64,000 bases of DNA from a virus, in UHGV virus genome UHGV-0203063; one strand, written 5' to 3'. The translations under genes and the position numbers were made by a program. Of the stretch, positions 9,785-18,150 are shown in pieces. The first letter of the stretch is position 1; the number at the start of each line of letters is the position of its first letter. The notes beneath the pieces are model-generated. The model was given only the letters and a program-made list of their open reading frames with translations, had not been told where the DNA came from and made no database searches.

Positions 9785-10128
9785 TTAACAAACAGATACA
9801 TATAACAAAATCACCTTTTTCCAGCCGAGTTGTTCCACTTTCTCTATCATCTCTTTATCGAACTCTTCGTCAGTGAGATATACATATCAGGCTCATCACA
9901 AACATCATTAGAGATTCTGTCTTTTAGCTAATCAAAGTCGTCTCTTTCGTAACATTTATCATCGTATTCTGTTATTTCGGTAACTTTGCAGTCATAAATT
10001 TCTCCGACGAACCAGCAATCTCCATCGCCGCATTCCCCGTTGATAAAAACCTTTATCGGCAATTCGGGGTTTTCTGCGACTAATTTCACGAATTCTTTGT
10101 TTATTTCCATAACTTTTTGTTTGTTCAT
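9785..10128 (-). pseudogene. disrupted small phage gene (premature TAG plus 1-nt frameshift)
   Basis: after the TAG at 9928 the frame continues LKDRISNDVCDEP, then a one-base shift gives YVYLTDEEFDKEMIEKVEQLGWKKVILLYVSVC-TAA, filling the otherwise empty gap. Confidence 0.65.
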
Positions 10129-10131
10129 TAT

Positions 10132-10458
10132 TTAATCCTCGTTTATTGTATATGAACCATCGCTTTTACCATATCCGCCAAAACATAAATTACCGCCATC
10201 AAATATTAACAATAATTCACTAACAGTTATCTGGTTAGGACATTTCCATACTTTATATTCAGCATGCCCATAACAGGCTTTCCGTGAGTATATGATGTCG
10301 TTCTCTTCTATTTCTTTGTCTAACGGGCGGGCGCACACACTAAGTATTTTATATTTGCCCTTCAACTCTTTGTAAATTTCGTAATTTATTTTTGCCTTCT
10401 CTCTTTCGTTTTCGGTAAACGCGTAACCGTTATATATTTTTCTTTCTATCGTTTCCAT
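10132..10458 (-). CDS. hypothetical protein
   Basis: 108 aa, AGGAG RBS; ELLLIFDGGNLCFGG motif. Confidence 0.75.
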   Translation of the reverse strand: METIERKIYNGYAFTENEREKAKINYEIYKELKGKYKILSVCARPLDKEIEENDIIYSRKACYGHAEYKVWKCPNQITVSELLLIFDGGNLCFGGYGKSDGSYTINED

Positions 10459-10461
10459 TTC

Positions 10462-10770
10462 TTAAACTCCTTTAATCTCCCTTGCGAATTCGTTTATAAA
10501 AATCACCTCTCCAAACCCGCCAAACGCGTCGGGGACGGATATTTTGCTAACGAGAACACATTCCAACCCCGTGTTTTTATCGATGTATTTTCGAGTTTCT
10601 ACGGTCAATAGTTTGTTACCGAGATGCGACCTCAAAAAATGAACAGCGTTTTTGTTTTGTTTCAGAGTTTTGCAATTAATCATTATGCTGTAATTCCCAC
10701 GATTCTGTTTATACGGATGCGTCGCGGTTAAATTCCAAATCAGTTCCTGACCGATATAATCAATTATCAT
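10462..10770 (-). CDS. hypothetical protein
   Basis: 102 aa, GAGG RBS. Confidence 0.7.
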   Translation of the reverse strand: MIIDYIGQELIWNLTATHPYKQNRGNYSIMINCKTLKQNKNAVHFLRSHLGNKLLTVETRKYIDKNTGLECVLVSKISVPDAFGGFGEVIFINEFAREIKGV

Positions 10771-10781
10771 TTTTATACCTC

Positions 10782-10943
10782 TTAAAAACTTTTTAATTCA
10801 GGTTTTGTTGCACCCTGCCGATAAACAATTATCTTTATCTTTAAGTTGTTTTCGTCGATGAACTGTTGTAATTCGTCGACGTCAAGCGAGCCGTCTTCGA
10901 TAAGCCAATATTTCCATTTTTCAATTTTATTTTTCTTGTTCAT
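10782..10943 (-). CDS. small hypothetical protein missing from the ORF track (53 aa)
   Basis: AGGAG RBS; MNKKNKIEKWKYWLIEDGSLDVDELQQFIDENNLKIKIIVYRQGATKPELKSF; fills gap. Confidence 0.65.
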   Translation of the reverse strand: MNKKNKIEKWKYWLIEDGSLDVDELQQFIDENNLKIKIIVYRQGATKPELKSF

Positions 10944-11106
10944 TTTCATACTCCTTTACCGCGCTATCAATAATTTCACAAAGTTCGAACATGTCAACAA
11001 CATTGTCTTTGCGCCCATCAAAATTCGTTTTATATAAATAATCCGCCACACCGTCTTTTATCTTTTGGGCAAACTCCTCTATCGTCCTGCGTTCTATTGC
11101 GCTCAT
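10927..11106 (-). CDS. small hypothetical protein
   Basis: start moved to MSAIE (ATGA overlap, GGAGG). Confidence 0.65.
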   Translation of the reverse strand: MSAIERRTIEEFAQKIKDGVADYLYKTNFDGRKDNVVDMFELCEIIDSAVKEYENEQEK

Positions 11107-11672
11107 TTCTTTTCCTCCACATATTGCCACGACTGCGGCGGGCGGGTTAAGCCTTTTTCCCAATTCCAGTAATCATTACAACTATAATCTGTACTACCGA
11201 AACTAATGCAGCCTCGGTCGCAATAATCATTACAATATGACCCCCAAACTCTATCAAGCGGTTTTCTAAAATTGCTTAACTTTTTCGGCTTGTCGTAAAC
11301 CGCTACATTATCTAAATGCCAGCCGTAGCCCGTTTTATCGCCTAAATAAGAGTCAAGTTCGTCGTTGGATAAACAATGATTAAAATTCCACTTTGCGATT
11401 GAACTTAATAAAATTAAATTGCCGAAATCGTCAATAGTCATTTTCATTTTACCAATTTTATCGACAACTGCCCTAATGCCGACTTTCCCGAAATGCTCGC
11501 GATATTTCTCTTGAAATTCTTTCGGTATTTTCGCAAAAGATTTCTCGTCCTTACTCATATAAAAAACTATGTCTTGCGGCAAATTTTTTAATGCCGATTT
11601 TCTTACTTCGATAGTTTTCTTTCTTTCTCCTATTAAATAGTAGTAATAGGGTTTAAGACTTGCTAAAATCAT
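11103..11672 (-). CDS. ASCH/PUA-like domain protein
   Basis: SLKP.Y...I..RKKTIEVRK, GYGWH, C-terminal RPPQSWQYV. Confidence 0.8.
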   Translation of the reverse strand: MILASLKPYYYYLIGERKKTIEVRKSALKNLPQDIVFYMSKDEKSFAKIPKEFQEKYREHFGKVGIRAVVDKIGKMKMTIDDFGNLILLSSIAKWNFNHCLSNDELDSYLGDKTGYGWHLDNVAVYDKPKKLSNFRKPLDRVWGSYCNDYCDRGCISFGSTDYSCNDYWNWEKGLTRPPQSWQYVEEKK

Positions 11673-12012
11673 TTTTGTACTCCTTTAATAATTTGTCTAT
11701 TTCAGCATTTACTTCGTCCACATCGATTTCGCAACGCAAAACAAGTTCGTCGCCTGTATAATCCCTTACGAGCGTTCCCTTCTCCGAAATGATTGCTTTT
11801 AATTTCTCCGCAAATTCTTTGGCGGCGTTTTTCTTTTCGATTTCGAGAACGTTTTTCATATTCTGCTCGAATTTTTCGCTTTTAACTTGCAACTTTGCGT
11901 AATCGAAACAAAGCTTATTAAACTCTGCGCACTTTTCGTTGTGGCACGCCTGTGCAAGTTCTAATTCCAATTTAAGAATTTTTATTTCTTTTAAAGCTTC
12001 ATCAAGTGTCAT
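11653..12012 (-). CDS. hypothetical coiled-coil protein
   Basis: KEFAEKLK...IDKLLKEY, similar to the C-termini of neighbours at 10927 and 12009. Confidence 0.7.
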   Translation of the reverse strand: MTLDEALKEIKILKLELELAQACHNEKCAEFNKLCFDYAKLQVKSEKFEQNMKNVLEIEKKNAAKEFAEKLKAIISEKGTLVRDYTGDELVLRCEIDVDEVNAEIDKLLKEYKNDFSKS

Positions 12013-12659
12013 TTTTTATAAGCCTCCTTATAAACATCTCTAATATTTTCCATTATGTCTTCAAGAGTTAATTCATTGAGTTGGCTATCAATCCCATACG
12101 TCTGTCCGAGATCGAACCTAACCCTATTTATAAAATTGAAAACGGCTGTTTCTCGCTCCTTTTTGATTCGAGTTTGTAAATCTTTTTCCGTAAACAAAAA
12201 TACTTCTTCACCTTTTTCGGTAATCGTTTTTCGAAGTTCTTTATTTTCCGCCCTCAATTGTTTGATTTGATTCTCATAATTCTCGGCTCTTTTTGCGAAT
12301 TGATTACAAGCATTTGTCAATACGCGGTTGGCTTGTTCGACCTCTTCGTTTTTGGTTTCATGATTTTCGAACCACTCGTCGTCTATCACACACTCAACGC
12401 TTTGTTCTGCGAGCAATTCTCTTACGCTACGGCACGTCGCCAGCATTCGCTGACCCATCGCGTTAAAATCTTTCGATTTGCAATGGAGGGTGATTTTCTC
12501 GAAAAGAAGCCCGTTCAAATCAAAGCATCTCCTCCAAAAAGCAACCAAACTTGCCATATCGAGACCAATTGATTCAAGCCGTTCGATTTCCCCGTTGTTA
12601 TCGCGTTTAACTATTGTTGGTCTTGCGAGCCCAATTCTTTCTAAATATAAATCAGCCAT
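12009..12659 (-). CDS. hypothetical protein
   Basis: 216 aa, coiled-coil C-terminal half. Confidence 0.75.
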   Translation of the reverse strand: MADLYLERIGLARPTIVKRDNNGEIERLESIGLDMASLVAFWRRCFDLNGLLFEKITLHCKSKDFNAMGQRMLATCRSVRELLAEQSVECVIDDEWFENHETKNEEVEQANRVLTNACNQFAKRAENYENQIKQLRAENKELRKTITEKGEEVFLFTEKDLQTRIKKERETAVFNFINRVRFDLGQTYGIDSQLNELTLEDIMENIRDVYKEAYKK

Positions 12660-12981
12660 TCTCTTCTTGAACCCCCAAACCCAAAATTTCGTTTATCTTT
12701 TTAGCCTGCTCATAAGTCATAGACTTCTTTTGCTTTAATTCATAGAAAACTCTCCGAATAAACCCGCGAATTTTATATTCTTTTATCTTTTCTTCGGTCG
12801 CTTCTTCTAACGTAATGATGTCCCACATATTAGACTTATTTATTCCACCAATAAACTGAATGTTGTTAACTACAACTCTTCCCGTCGGGGTTATTTTTTG
12901 CACCGTTTGCAGTGTCATTCCAGAACGACTGCTAACAAAAACTTCGTCTCCCGCTTTTAACTCTTCTAACCAATTAGTCAT
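12652..12981 (-). CDS. hypothetical protein
   Basis: start moved to MTNWLEELKAGDEV after GGAGG. Confidence 0.7.
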   Translation of the reverse strand: MTNWLEELKAGDEVFVSSRSGMTLQTVQKITPTGRVVVNNIQFIGGINKSNMWDIITLEEATEEKIKEYKIRGFIRRVFYELKQKKSMTYEQAKKINEILGLGVQEENG

Positions 12982-13201
12982 CTTCAACCTCCACGCCATA
13001 ATGCGATACATATCTTTCTATCAATTCATCGAGCATACTCTTTGTAATATGCCCGTATTCAGCGATATAATTCTTCAAATCAGCAATGATATCTTCTGCT
13101 GTTTCTTGCGCAATCGCATTGGCAAATTCTGCTTTGTCTACTTTGCCAAACGGTGTTTCTTCAAACATATCCTCAAATATATCCATTTCTTGTTCAGTCA
13201 T
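12974..13201 (-). CDS. hypothetical protein
   Basis: 75 aa, GAGG RBS. Confidence 0.65.
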   Translation of the reverse strand: MTEQEMDIFEDMFEETPFGKVDKAEFANAIAQETAEDIIADLKNYIAEYGHITKSMLDELIERYVSHYGVEVEDD

Positions 13202-13232
13202 TTTTACCCTCTAATATTAAAGCTGTTATAAT

Positions 13233-13460
13233 CTATACGCTTTTGTTTATTTTCTTTCTCGTCAGTCGTTCAATTTCTGCCTTTTGACGGCGAATAAGGT
13301 TAAGACAGTCGATCATTTGTGCTTTGCCGCACGGCTCTATTTCTCTATAAGGACAAGTATCGCAGCTATGTCTACGTATATCGTCATATCCCCTGTTGCA
13401 GTTTTCTAATGACTCTATAATCTCTTCATCGGTAAGTTTCTTATTCATTTTTACCCTCAC
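13233..13460 (-). CDS. small Cys-motif phage protein
   Basis: TDEEII.SLE.C...C..CPY...C...L.LI.RQKAEIERL pattern common in Clostridia phages. Confidence 0.7.
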   Translation of the reverse strand: MRVKMNKKLTDEEIIESLENCNRGYDDIRRHSCDTCPYREIEPCGKAQMIDCLNLIRRQKAEIERLTRKKINKSV

Positions 13461-13638
13461 ACATAACCAAATTTCCGTCTATTTTTACCTCGTCGCTGTA
13501 ATAGAATTTACCGTTCCATTCAACGTAATATAAATGCCCAGTTTCCTGCATACTTTTAGCCATTGCGGTCAAAGTATTCGCGAGCCAAGTTTCTTCGTAA
13601 TGGGGGAAGTAAATCTTCCCGTTGTGTTTTCTACGCAT
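13441..13638 (-). CDS. hypothetical protein
   Basis: 65 aa, AGGAGG RBS. Confidence 0.7.
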   Translation of the reverse strand: MRRKHNGKIYFPHYEETWLANTLTAMAKSMQETGHLYYVEWNGKFYYSDEVKIDGNLVMCEGKNE

Positions 13639-13669
13639 AACTACCTCCTGATAAAAACGTGCCTTTTGT

Positions 13670-13924
13670 TTACCACTTAAATTCTATCTCTAAATTGCCG
13701 TCATTATAAGAATAATGAGAACAATCATACCCGCACTTTTCCAATTCCCAAATCGCCTCGTCGGCTACTTCTTTATCGTATTTAAGCGACACATAGCTAA
13801 AACGTGTTCTGCCTTCTATTACGGCACATTCGAGAGTATCTTCTATGTCGCTTAATATCGGGTTATCAGGCACGGGTTTTGAAAATATATCGGCAAGCGT
13901 TTGCAATTCTTTAAATGTAATCAT
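13670..13924 (-). CDS. hypothetical protein
   Basis: 84 aa, ATGA overlap. Confidence 0.7.
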   Translation of the reverse strand: MITFKELQTLADIFSKPVPDNPILSDIEDTLECAVIEGRTRFSYVSLKYDKEVADEAIWELEKCGYDCSHYSYNDGNLEIEFKW

Positions 13925-14184
13925 TTTCTCTCCTCGTAATAATCAGCCTTACTTCGGCAACACTCATAACAAGGCACAAAACCTTCTATTCGGGTAACGT
14001 ATTTACAGCCTTCGCACGGCGTCCCAATTGATTGCTTGATCAAACAATCGTCTCTATACTCCGCAAAACACTGCCAAACGTCGGCGACAGGCAAATTGTG
14101 CTCGTCAGCATAGTCATCGATTTCGGAACTGGTTTTAAAAGTTCCTGCTTCTAGTAATTTAATAAATTCTTCTTTCCAGTTCAT
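13921..14184 (-). CDS. hypothetical Cys-rich protein
   Basis: C..C...PC..C at C-terminus. Confidence 0.7.
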   Translation of the reverse strand: MNWKEEFIKLLEAGTFKTSSEIDDYADEHNLPVADVWQCFAEYRDDCLIKQSIGTPCEGCKYVTRIEGFVPCYECCRSKADYYEERK

Positions 14185-14186
14185 AT

Positions 14187-14414
14187 CTATTCTCCAGCCT
14201 CAATTCCATCTACAACTGGTTTCCAGCAGATTATATCACTAACTTCTACATCCACTGTCCTGTATTCATTGGAAACGTCAATAAAATATATTGCATCTCC
14301 GCAACAAGATGCGCAACTGAGGGTGTGCCAAGTGTTAGTGGTGTCATTATTAAGTTTTGCCAGGATAACCTGACCTGCCAGCGGTCTCTTCTCCGCAAGT
14401 GTGTAAAATCTCAT
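14187..14414 (-). CDS. small hypothetical (DUF551-like) protein
   Basis: start moved to MRFYT after GGAGG; the track start lies inside the promoter. Confidence 0.6.
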   Translation of the reverse strand: MRFYTLAEKRPLAGQVILAKLNNDTTNTWHTLSCASCCGDAIYFIDVSNEYRTVDVEVSDIICWKPVVDGIEAGE

Positions 14415-14436
14415 ATCTACCTCCGATTGTACTTTT

Positions 14437-14482
14437 ATTATAACAAAAACAAACCCCGTTGTCAAGCGTTTGAACGGGGTTT
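14437..14482 (-). promoter_or_regulatory. sigmaA/70 promoter with -35 inside a hairpin loop
   Basis: AAACGC-TTGACA (14465-14460), 17 nt, TATAAT (14442-14437); inverted repeat AAACCCCGTT (14451-14460) / AACGGGGTTT (14473-14482). Confidence 0.9.
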
Positions 14483-14493
14483 TTGAAAATATT

Positions 14494-14913
14494 TTATTTT
14501 TCGAAAAGTTCTAGGGCTGATTCTCCATTTGGGAGTGGTTGTAGTATAGCTTTGATATATTCTCCATCTAAATTCTGATAATAATCAATTATCACACAAT
14601 TTTTACCCCTTCCAGTAAATCTCTTTTCTTTACCAGAATCGTCAACGGCTGTCATTTTAAGAGTAATGGTGCAATTACGACTAAAAAGAACATCTGGGCG
14701 TTTAGATAATATTTCATATCCTTTTTTCTTTTTGGTTATTTTGAATGTTAATCGTATATCGTTATTTGGGAACATTTCTATTCCAATATTGTTGCCCATC
14801 GCAATAGCATCTCCTATTAAAATTAGTTTCTTGCGATACGAGTTTTTATCATATAAATATACTTTTAAAGTTTTTATAGTCAAACCTTTCATAACATCTC
14901 CAATAAAATTCAA
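14494..14913 (-). CDS. hypothetical protein, AT-rich
   Basis: ORF; start possibly MKGLT after GGAG. Confidence 0.65.
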   Translation of the reverse strand: MNFIGDVMKGLTIKTLKVYLYDKNSYRKKLILIGDAIAMGNNIGIEMFPNNDIRLTFKITKKKKGYEILSKRPDVLFSRNCTITLKMTAVDDSGKEKRFTGRGKNCVIIDYYQNLDGEYIKAILQPLPNGESALELFEK

Positions 14914-14941
14914 ATTTTATTTAAAAGCGCTAAATATCAGC

Positions 14942-15442
14942 TTAATTCTTCTCCAAAAATAAATAAGGTCTATACCCTATTCTCTCTACACATACACATT
15001 TACTGGTTGGGGTGTCGACGAATTTAGAATCGTTGTGAACGTGACCATAAAAATTGTAATATGGAGTGGTTTCACTTAACATCAGAGGGACATGAGACAT
15101 CATATAAAATCCATTATTATCAGGACTTCCTCCATAAATAATAGGAAATTTACTCACATAATTAAAACCAATATCTCTATAAAAATCGTCGGTCCAATTA
15201 TCATGATTGCCTCTTATTAAGACTTTCTTTCCATTTAATTGTGAGCAAATCTCCCTCGCTCTTTCTCTTGTGCAAAGAGCAAAATCACCAAGATGAATAA
15301 CTGTATCGTGATTAGACACGGTTTCATTCCAATTTTTGATTAAAGTCTTATCCATTTCTTCTATATCTCTAAATGGACGATTACAATATTTAATAATATT
15401 AGAATGCCCAAAATGGGTGTCCCCTATAACAAAGTATCTCAT
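14942..15442 (-). CDS. calcineurin-like metallophosphoesterase
   Basis: DTHFGH, HLGDF, GNHD, SH.P and GHVH motifs. Confidence 0.9.
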   Translation of the reverse strand: MRYFVIGDTHFGHSNIIKYCNRPFRDIEEMDKTLIKNWNETVSNHDTVIHLGDFALCTRERAREICSQLNGKKVLIRGNHDNWTDDFYRDIGFNYVSKFPIIYGGSPDNNGFYMMSHVPLMLSETTPYYNFYGHVHNDSKFVDTPTSKCVCVERIGYRPYLFLEKN

Positions 15443-15936
15443 TGATTTTCTCCCAAAACTTTATTTTCTAACTTCGAGAGTCTTTCTTTTATTTCATCAA
15501 GCTCTTCTTTTACCACTTCATGATAATTCTTTATAGTAAGAGGTGTTTTGTCAATTTCAATGGTTTTGCTTAATTGCAACGGCGAATCAACGATAGGTTT
15601 GATTTTGGTTTCAAACTCCTTGGTTTCCTTTTTCAGCACCTTAAAACTTTCCGCGAGTCTTCTCTCGTTTTCTTTCCGCTCTTCATCTTCATCGATAAAC
15701 CGATAATCTCCGTGAACGTCGTGTGTTTCAACTCGGAAGTTGCATCCGCATTCCAAACACCCGCAACGCACTTTTATCGGTTCAGCTTCGGTCGGGTTTT
15801 GCAATTTGCCGTTTTTGTAAATCGGCTCGGGCTTGATGATAAAAGCCAAGGTTGTGAAACCCGAGTTGTCTTTTACACGGAAATACGATTTCCCGCATTT
15901 CGGGCATTTTACTTTTTTATAATCAATCGTCGTCAT
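15439..15936 (-). CDS. zinc-ribbon protein
   Basis: CPKCG and CLECG pairs. Confidence 0.7.
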   Translation of the reverse strand: MTTIDYKKVKCPKCGKSYFRVKDNSGFTTLAFIIKPEPIYKNGKLQNPTEAEPIKVRCGCLECGCNFRVETHDVHGDYRFIDEDEERKENERRLAESFKVLKKETKEFETKIKPIVDSPLQLSKTIEIDKTPLTIKNYHEVVKEELDEIKERLSKLENKVLGENQ

Positions 15937-16343
15937 AATTCTCTCCTTTTAATGGCTATCTGCCAAATTCCCAATCCGTGCCTTGTTGAAACCTCTAATT
16001 CTCCAGCCTCAAGTTCTTTGAGCGCAATCTCGCATTCCTTTGGATCTTCGTAATCGTGGAGGCAATAATGGTCGTCAGGACCGCAAACAAATTCGTCTTC
16101 ATAATACCCGCATTCTGGGCGATAACAAACGTTATACCGCCCTCCGCGTTTATTCTTCTCGCAAATGCTGTAACGATAGGAATCGAAAAACGGTACTGTC
16201 ATAATGAAATAGTTCTCGCTCACCGCCCTTACGGTAAACGGACGCTTCCAAGAATTCACTTTTATGCGGTCTCCAACTTTAATCGTATCGAGGATTTCTT
16301 TAGTTAGTTCAGCTTTAGGGTATATTTCGTATTCTTTTGTCAT
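15933..16343 (-). CDS. hypothetical protein
   Basis: start moved to MTKEYE (ATGA overlap with upstream stop). Confidence 0.7.
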   Translation of the reverse strand: MTKEYEIYPKAELTKEILDTIKVGDRIKVNSWKRPFTVRAVSENYFIMTVPFFDSYRYSICEKNKRGGRYNVCYRPECGYYEDEFVCGPDDHYCLHDYEDPKECEIALKELEAGELEVSTRHGLGIWQIAIKRREL

Positions 16344-16975
16344 TTTTCTTGTCCACCATTCGACGTGCAAGTTACCCTCCACGGGTTTTTCTGGCACCAC
16401 TGACACGGGGTATCGCCAATATACGGCGTTTTGAGGTATTTCGGGTTGTTCGGGCAACCTTCGCAACCGCTCCAATTATCCGATTTCGTTGCCCAATCGG
16501 GAAGCGTGAAAGGGCGATAAACCAAATCGTTATACTCCGCGCCTGTTTTGGGACCGTAATAAATGCGCTGTAATTGCGGAATGGTTTCGGTGTCCAAATC
16601 TCCATTTCCGCCGCTCGTTTCTCCTGCCGCTTTCCCGCCGTCGCAAGAATCGGGCGAAACGCCTTGCGGCGTTGTTTCGTCCGTATTTCGTTGCGTGCCC
16701 GCCTCTAACGCTTTCAGCCGTTGACTTCGCTTCGTAAATTCGGCTTCAAGACGTTCGTAGGCTCTATACAGAGCGTCAACGCTCGCAAATTTGCCTATGA
16801 ATGGTTTATCGTTTACTGTCCCGATTACGCCTTTGTGTGGCAGACTCTTCGAGCAACATGGACAAATCACCACAGAGTTGCATATGTCTTCATTTTCGTA
16901 AGTGAATTCGCAACCGCAAAAAAGGCAGGTCATGCGAAATTCTTTTGTACCGTCTTTAATTATTTTTATTGCCAT
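16340..16975 (-). CDS. Cys-rich zinc-ribbon protein with an internal scaffold-like segment
   Basis: CLFCGCEF..CPCC N-terminus, GKFASVDALYRAYERLEAEFTKRSQ insert, C..CP..PC..C C-terminus. Confidence 0.7.
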   Translation of the reverse strand: MAIKIIKDGTKEFRMTCLFCGCEFTYENEDICNSVVICPCCSKSLPHKGVIGTVNDKPFIGKFASVDALYRAYERLEAEFTKRSQRLKALEAGTQRNTDETTPQGVSPDSCDGGKAAGETSGGNGDLDTETIPQLQRIYYGPKTGAEYNDLVYRPFTLPDWATKSDNWSGCEGCPNNPKYLKTPYIGDTPCQWCQKNPWRVTCTSNGGQEK

Positions 16976-17171
16976 TTTTTATCTCCCAACGTTTTCTGTC
17001 ACAACTAAACATCGATTTCAACCTCATTATAAAGTCTTTAATATCATGCCTTGATCGTGCTACATATTCGCATTTGTGATTTTCGTAAAAATCCGTTATC
17101 ATTTTTTGAAGTTCTTGATATTCTCGTTCGTCTTCAATAATTTTAATCATTTTCCTCCAAATAAAACTCAT
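16956..17171 (-). CDS. small hypothetical protein
   Basis: start probably MIKIIE after GGAGG. Confidence 0.6.
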   Translation of the reverse strand: MSFIWRKMIKIIEDEREYQELQKMITDFYENHKCEYVARSRHDIKDFIMRLKSMFSCDRKRWEIKNGNKNN

Positions 17172-17494
17172 CTTTTATTAACTTCATAAATTTTCGTATT
17201 TATATCTTTTTTGTCGACGATATAACCATAAAATTTAGAATTGGTCGTGACATCAATTAATTTATTTTTCACTTTTTCGAGAATTGACGGTTTTGATGGA
17301 CCGAAATAAGTTATCCCAATTTCGTGATTTATAATCGCAATATAGCCAACTTCTTCTGCCGCATAAAATTCAGACAATTTTTGCAATTCTTCTTTTAATT
17401 GCCTTTCAGTCTCTTCTTCATACTTTATTACTTCTTCGGGGTTATCGGCTCGAAATTTTCCGTCGTCCGAAATATAATATCTTACTTCTTCCAT
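17168..17494 (-). CDS. hypothetical protein, Y.SDDG paralog family
   Basis: MEEVRYYISDDGK...YE. Confidence 0.7.
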   Translation of the reverse strand: MEEVRYYISDDGKFRADNPEEVIKYEEETERQLKEELQKLSEFYAAEEVGYIAIINHEIGITYFGPSKPSILEKVKNKLIDVTTNSKFYGYIVDKKDINTKIYEVNKR

Positions 17495-17529
17495 TGTTCA
17501 CCTTTTATTTACTTTATAAAATGGTCGTT

Positions 17530-17898
17530 TCATTTTATATAATTTTCTATTCTGGAAATTTCCGTATTTAACTCATCTATTTTCGATTTCAAATTTTTGA
17601 TGTGCTGATCTGCGGAAACCAGCTCTACTCTACAATAATCAGAATCAGTATATCGAATTATAACATATCCGATATAACCATCTTCGAGTTGCGGATGCCC
17701 TATATGGAGATTCTTTGATAGATAATATAAATCCTTTTTATCTTTCAACTTATATAGACAAGTTCTGTCTCGATAGTTAACTATGTCTATATAAGTCTTA
17801 TTTTTAATATCCTGAATACTTTCATACTCTATAATGTCGTTTAAATCAGTTGATTCTTTTTTACCGTCGTCGGAAACATAATGTTTTATTTCTTTCAT
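17530..17898 (-). CDS. hypothetical protein, Y.SDDG paralog family
   Basis: MKEIKHYVSDDGK...YE, GGAGG RBS after promoter. Confidence 0.7.
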   Translation of the reverse strand: MKEIKHYVSDDGKKESTDLNDIIEYESIQDIKNKTYIDIVNYRDRTCLYKLKDKKDLYYLSKNLHIGHPQLEDGYIGYVIIRYTDSDYCRVELVSADQHIKNLKSKIDELNTEISRIENYIK

Positions 17899-17921
17899 AA
17901 CTACCTCCAATTTACGACCCT

Positions 17922-17956
17922 ATTATATCACGCCAAAATCGATTTGTCAAGCGTTT
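17922..17956 (-). promoter_or_regulatory. sigmaA/70 promoter
   Basis: AAACGC-TTGACA (17950-17945), 17 nt, TATAAT (17927-17922). Confidence 0.9.
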
Positions 17957-18141
17957 TAACGCCGCAAAAACGTAAAATCGTATTTTTCTCTCGCGTCTTC
18001 TTCAGCCTCATCGAATCCCGTTTCGTATCCGTCCAACCAAGCCTCTTTGAGAATGGCTTGTAAATCTGCCTTTTCGTAAATTTCGAGTTTGGTGATTTTA
18101 AGTGCGTCTTTTATTTTGTCTATCAATTCATCGTATTCCAT
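17956..18141 (-). CDS. small acidic hypothetical protein
   Basis: 61 aa, AGGAG RBS. Confidence 0.65.
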   Translation of the reverse strand: MEYDELIDKIKDALKITKLEIYEKADLQAILKEAWLDGYETGFDEAEEDAREKYDFTFLRR

Positions 18142-18150
18142 ATTCTCTCC

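Noticed and set aside
9928..9930. In-frame TAG as a sign of stop-codon reassignment
   Set aside because: Long genes (dnaE, TMP exons) are intact in the standard code, TAG ends other genes cleanly (13233, 14187), and this gene also has a frameshift.
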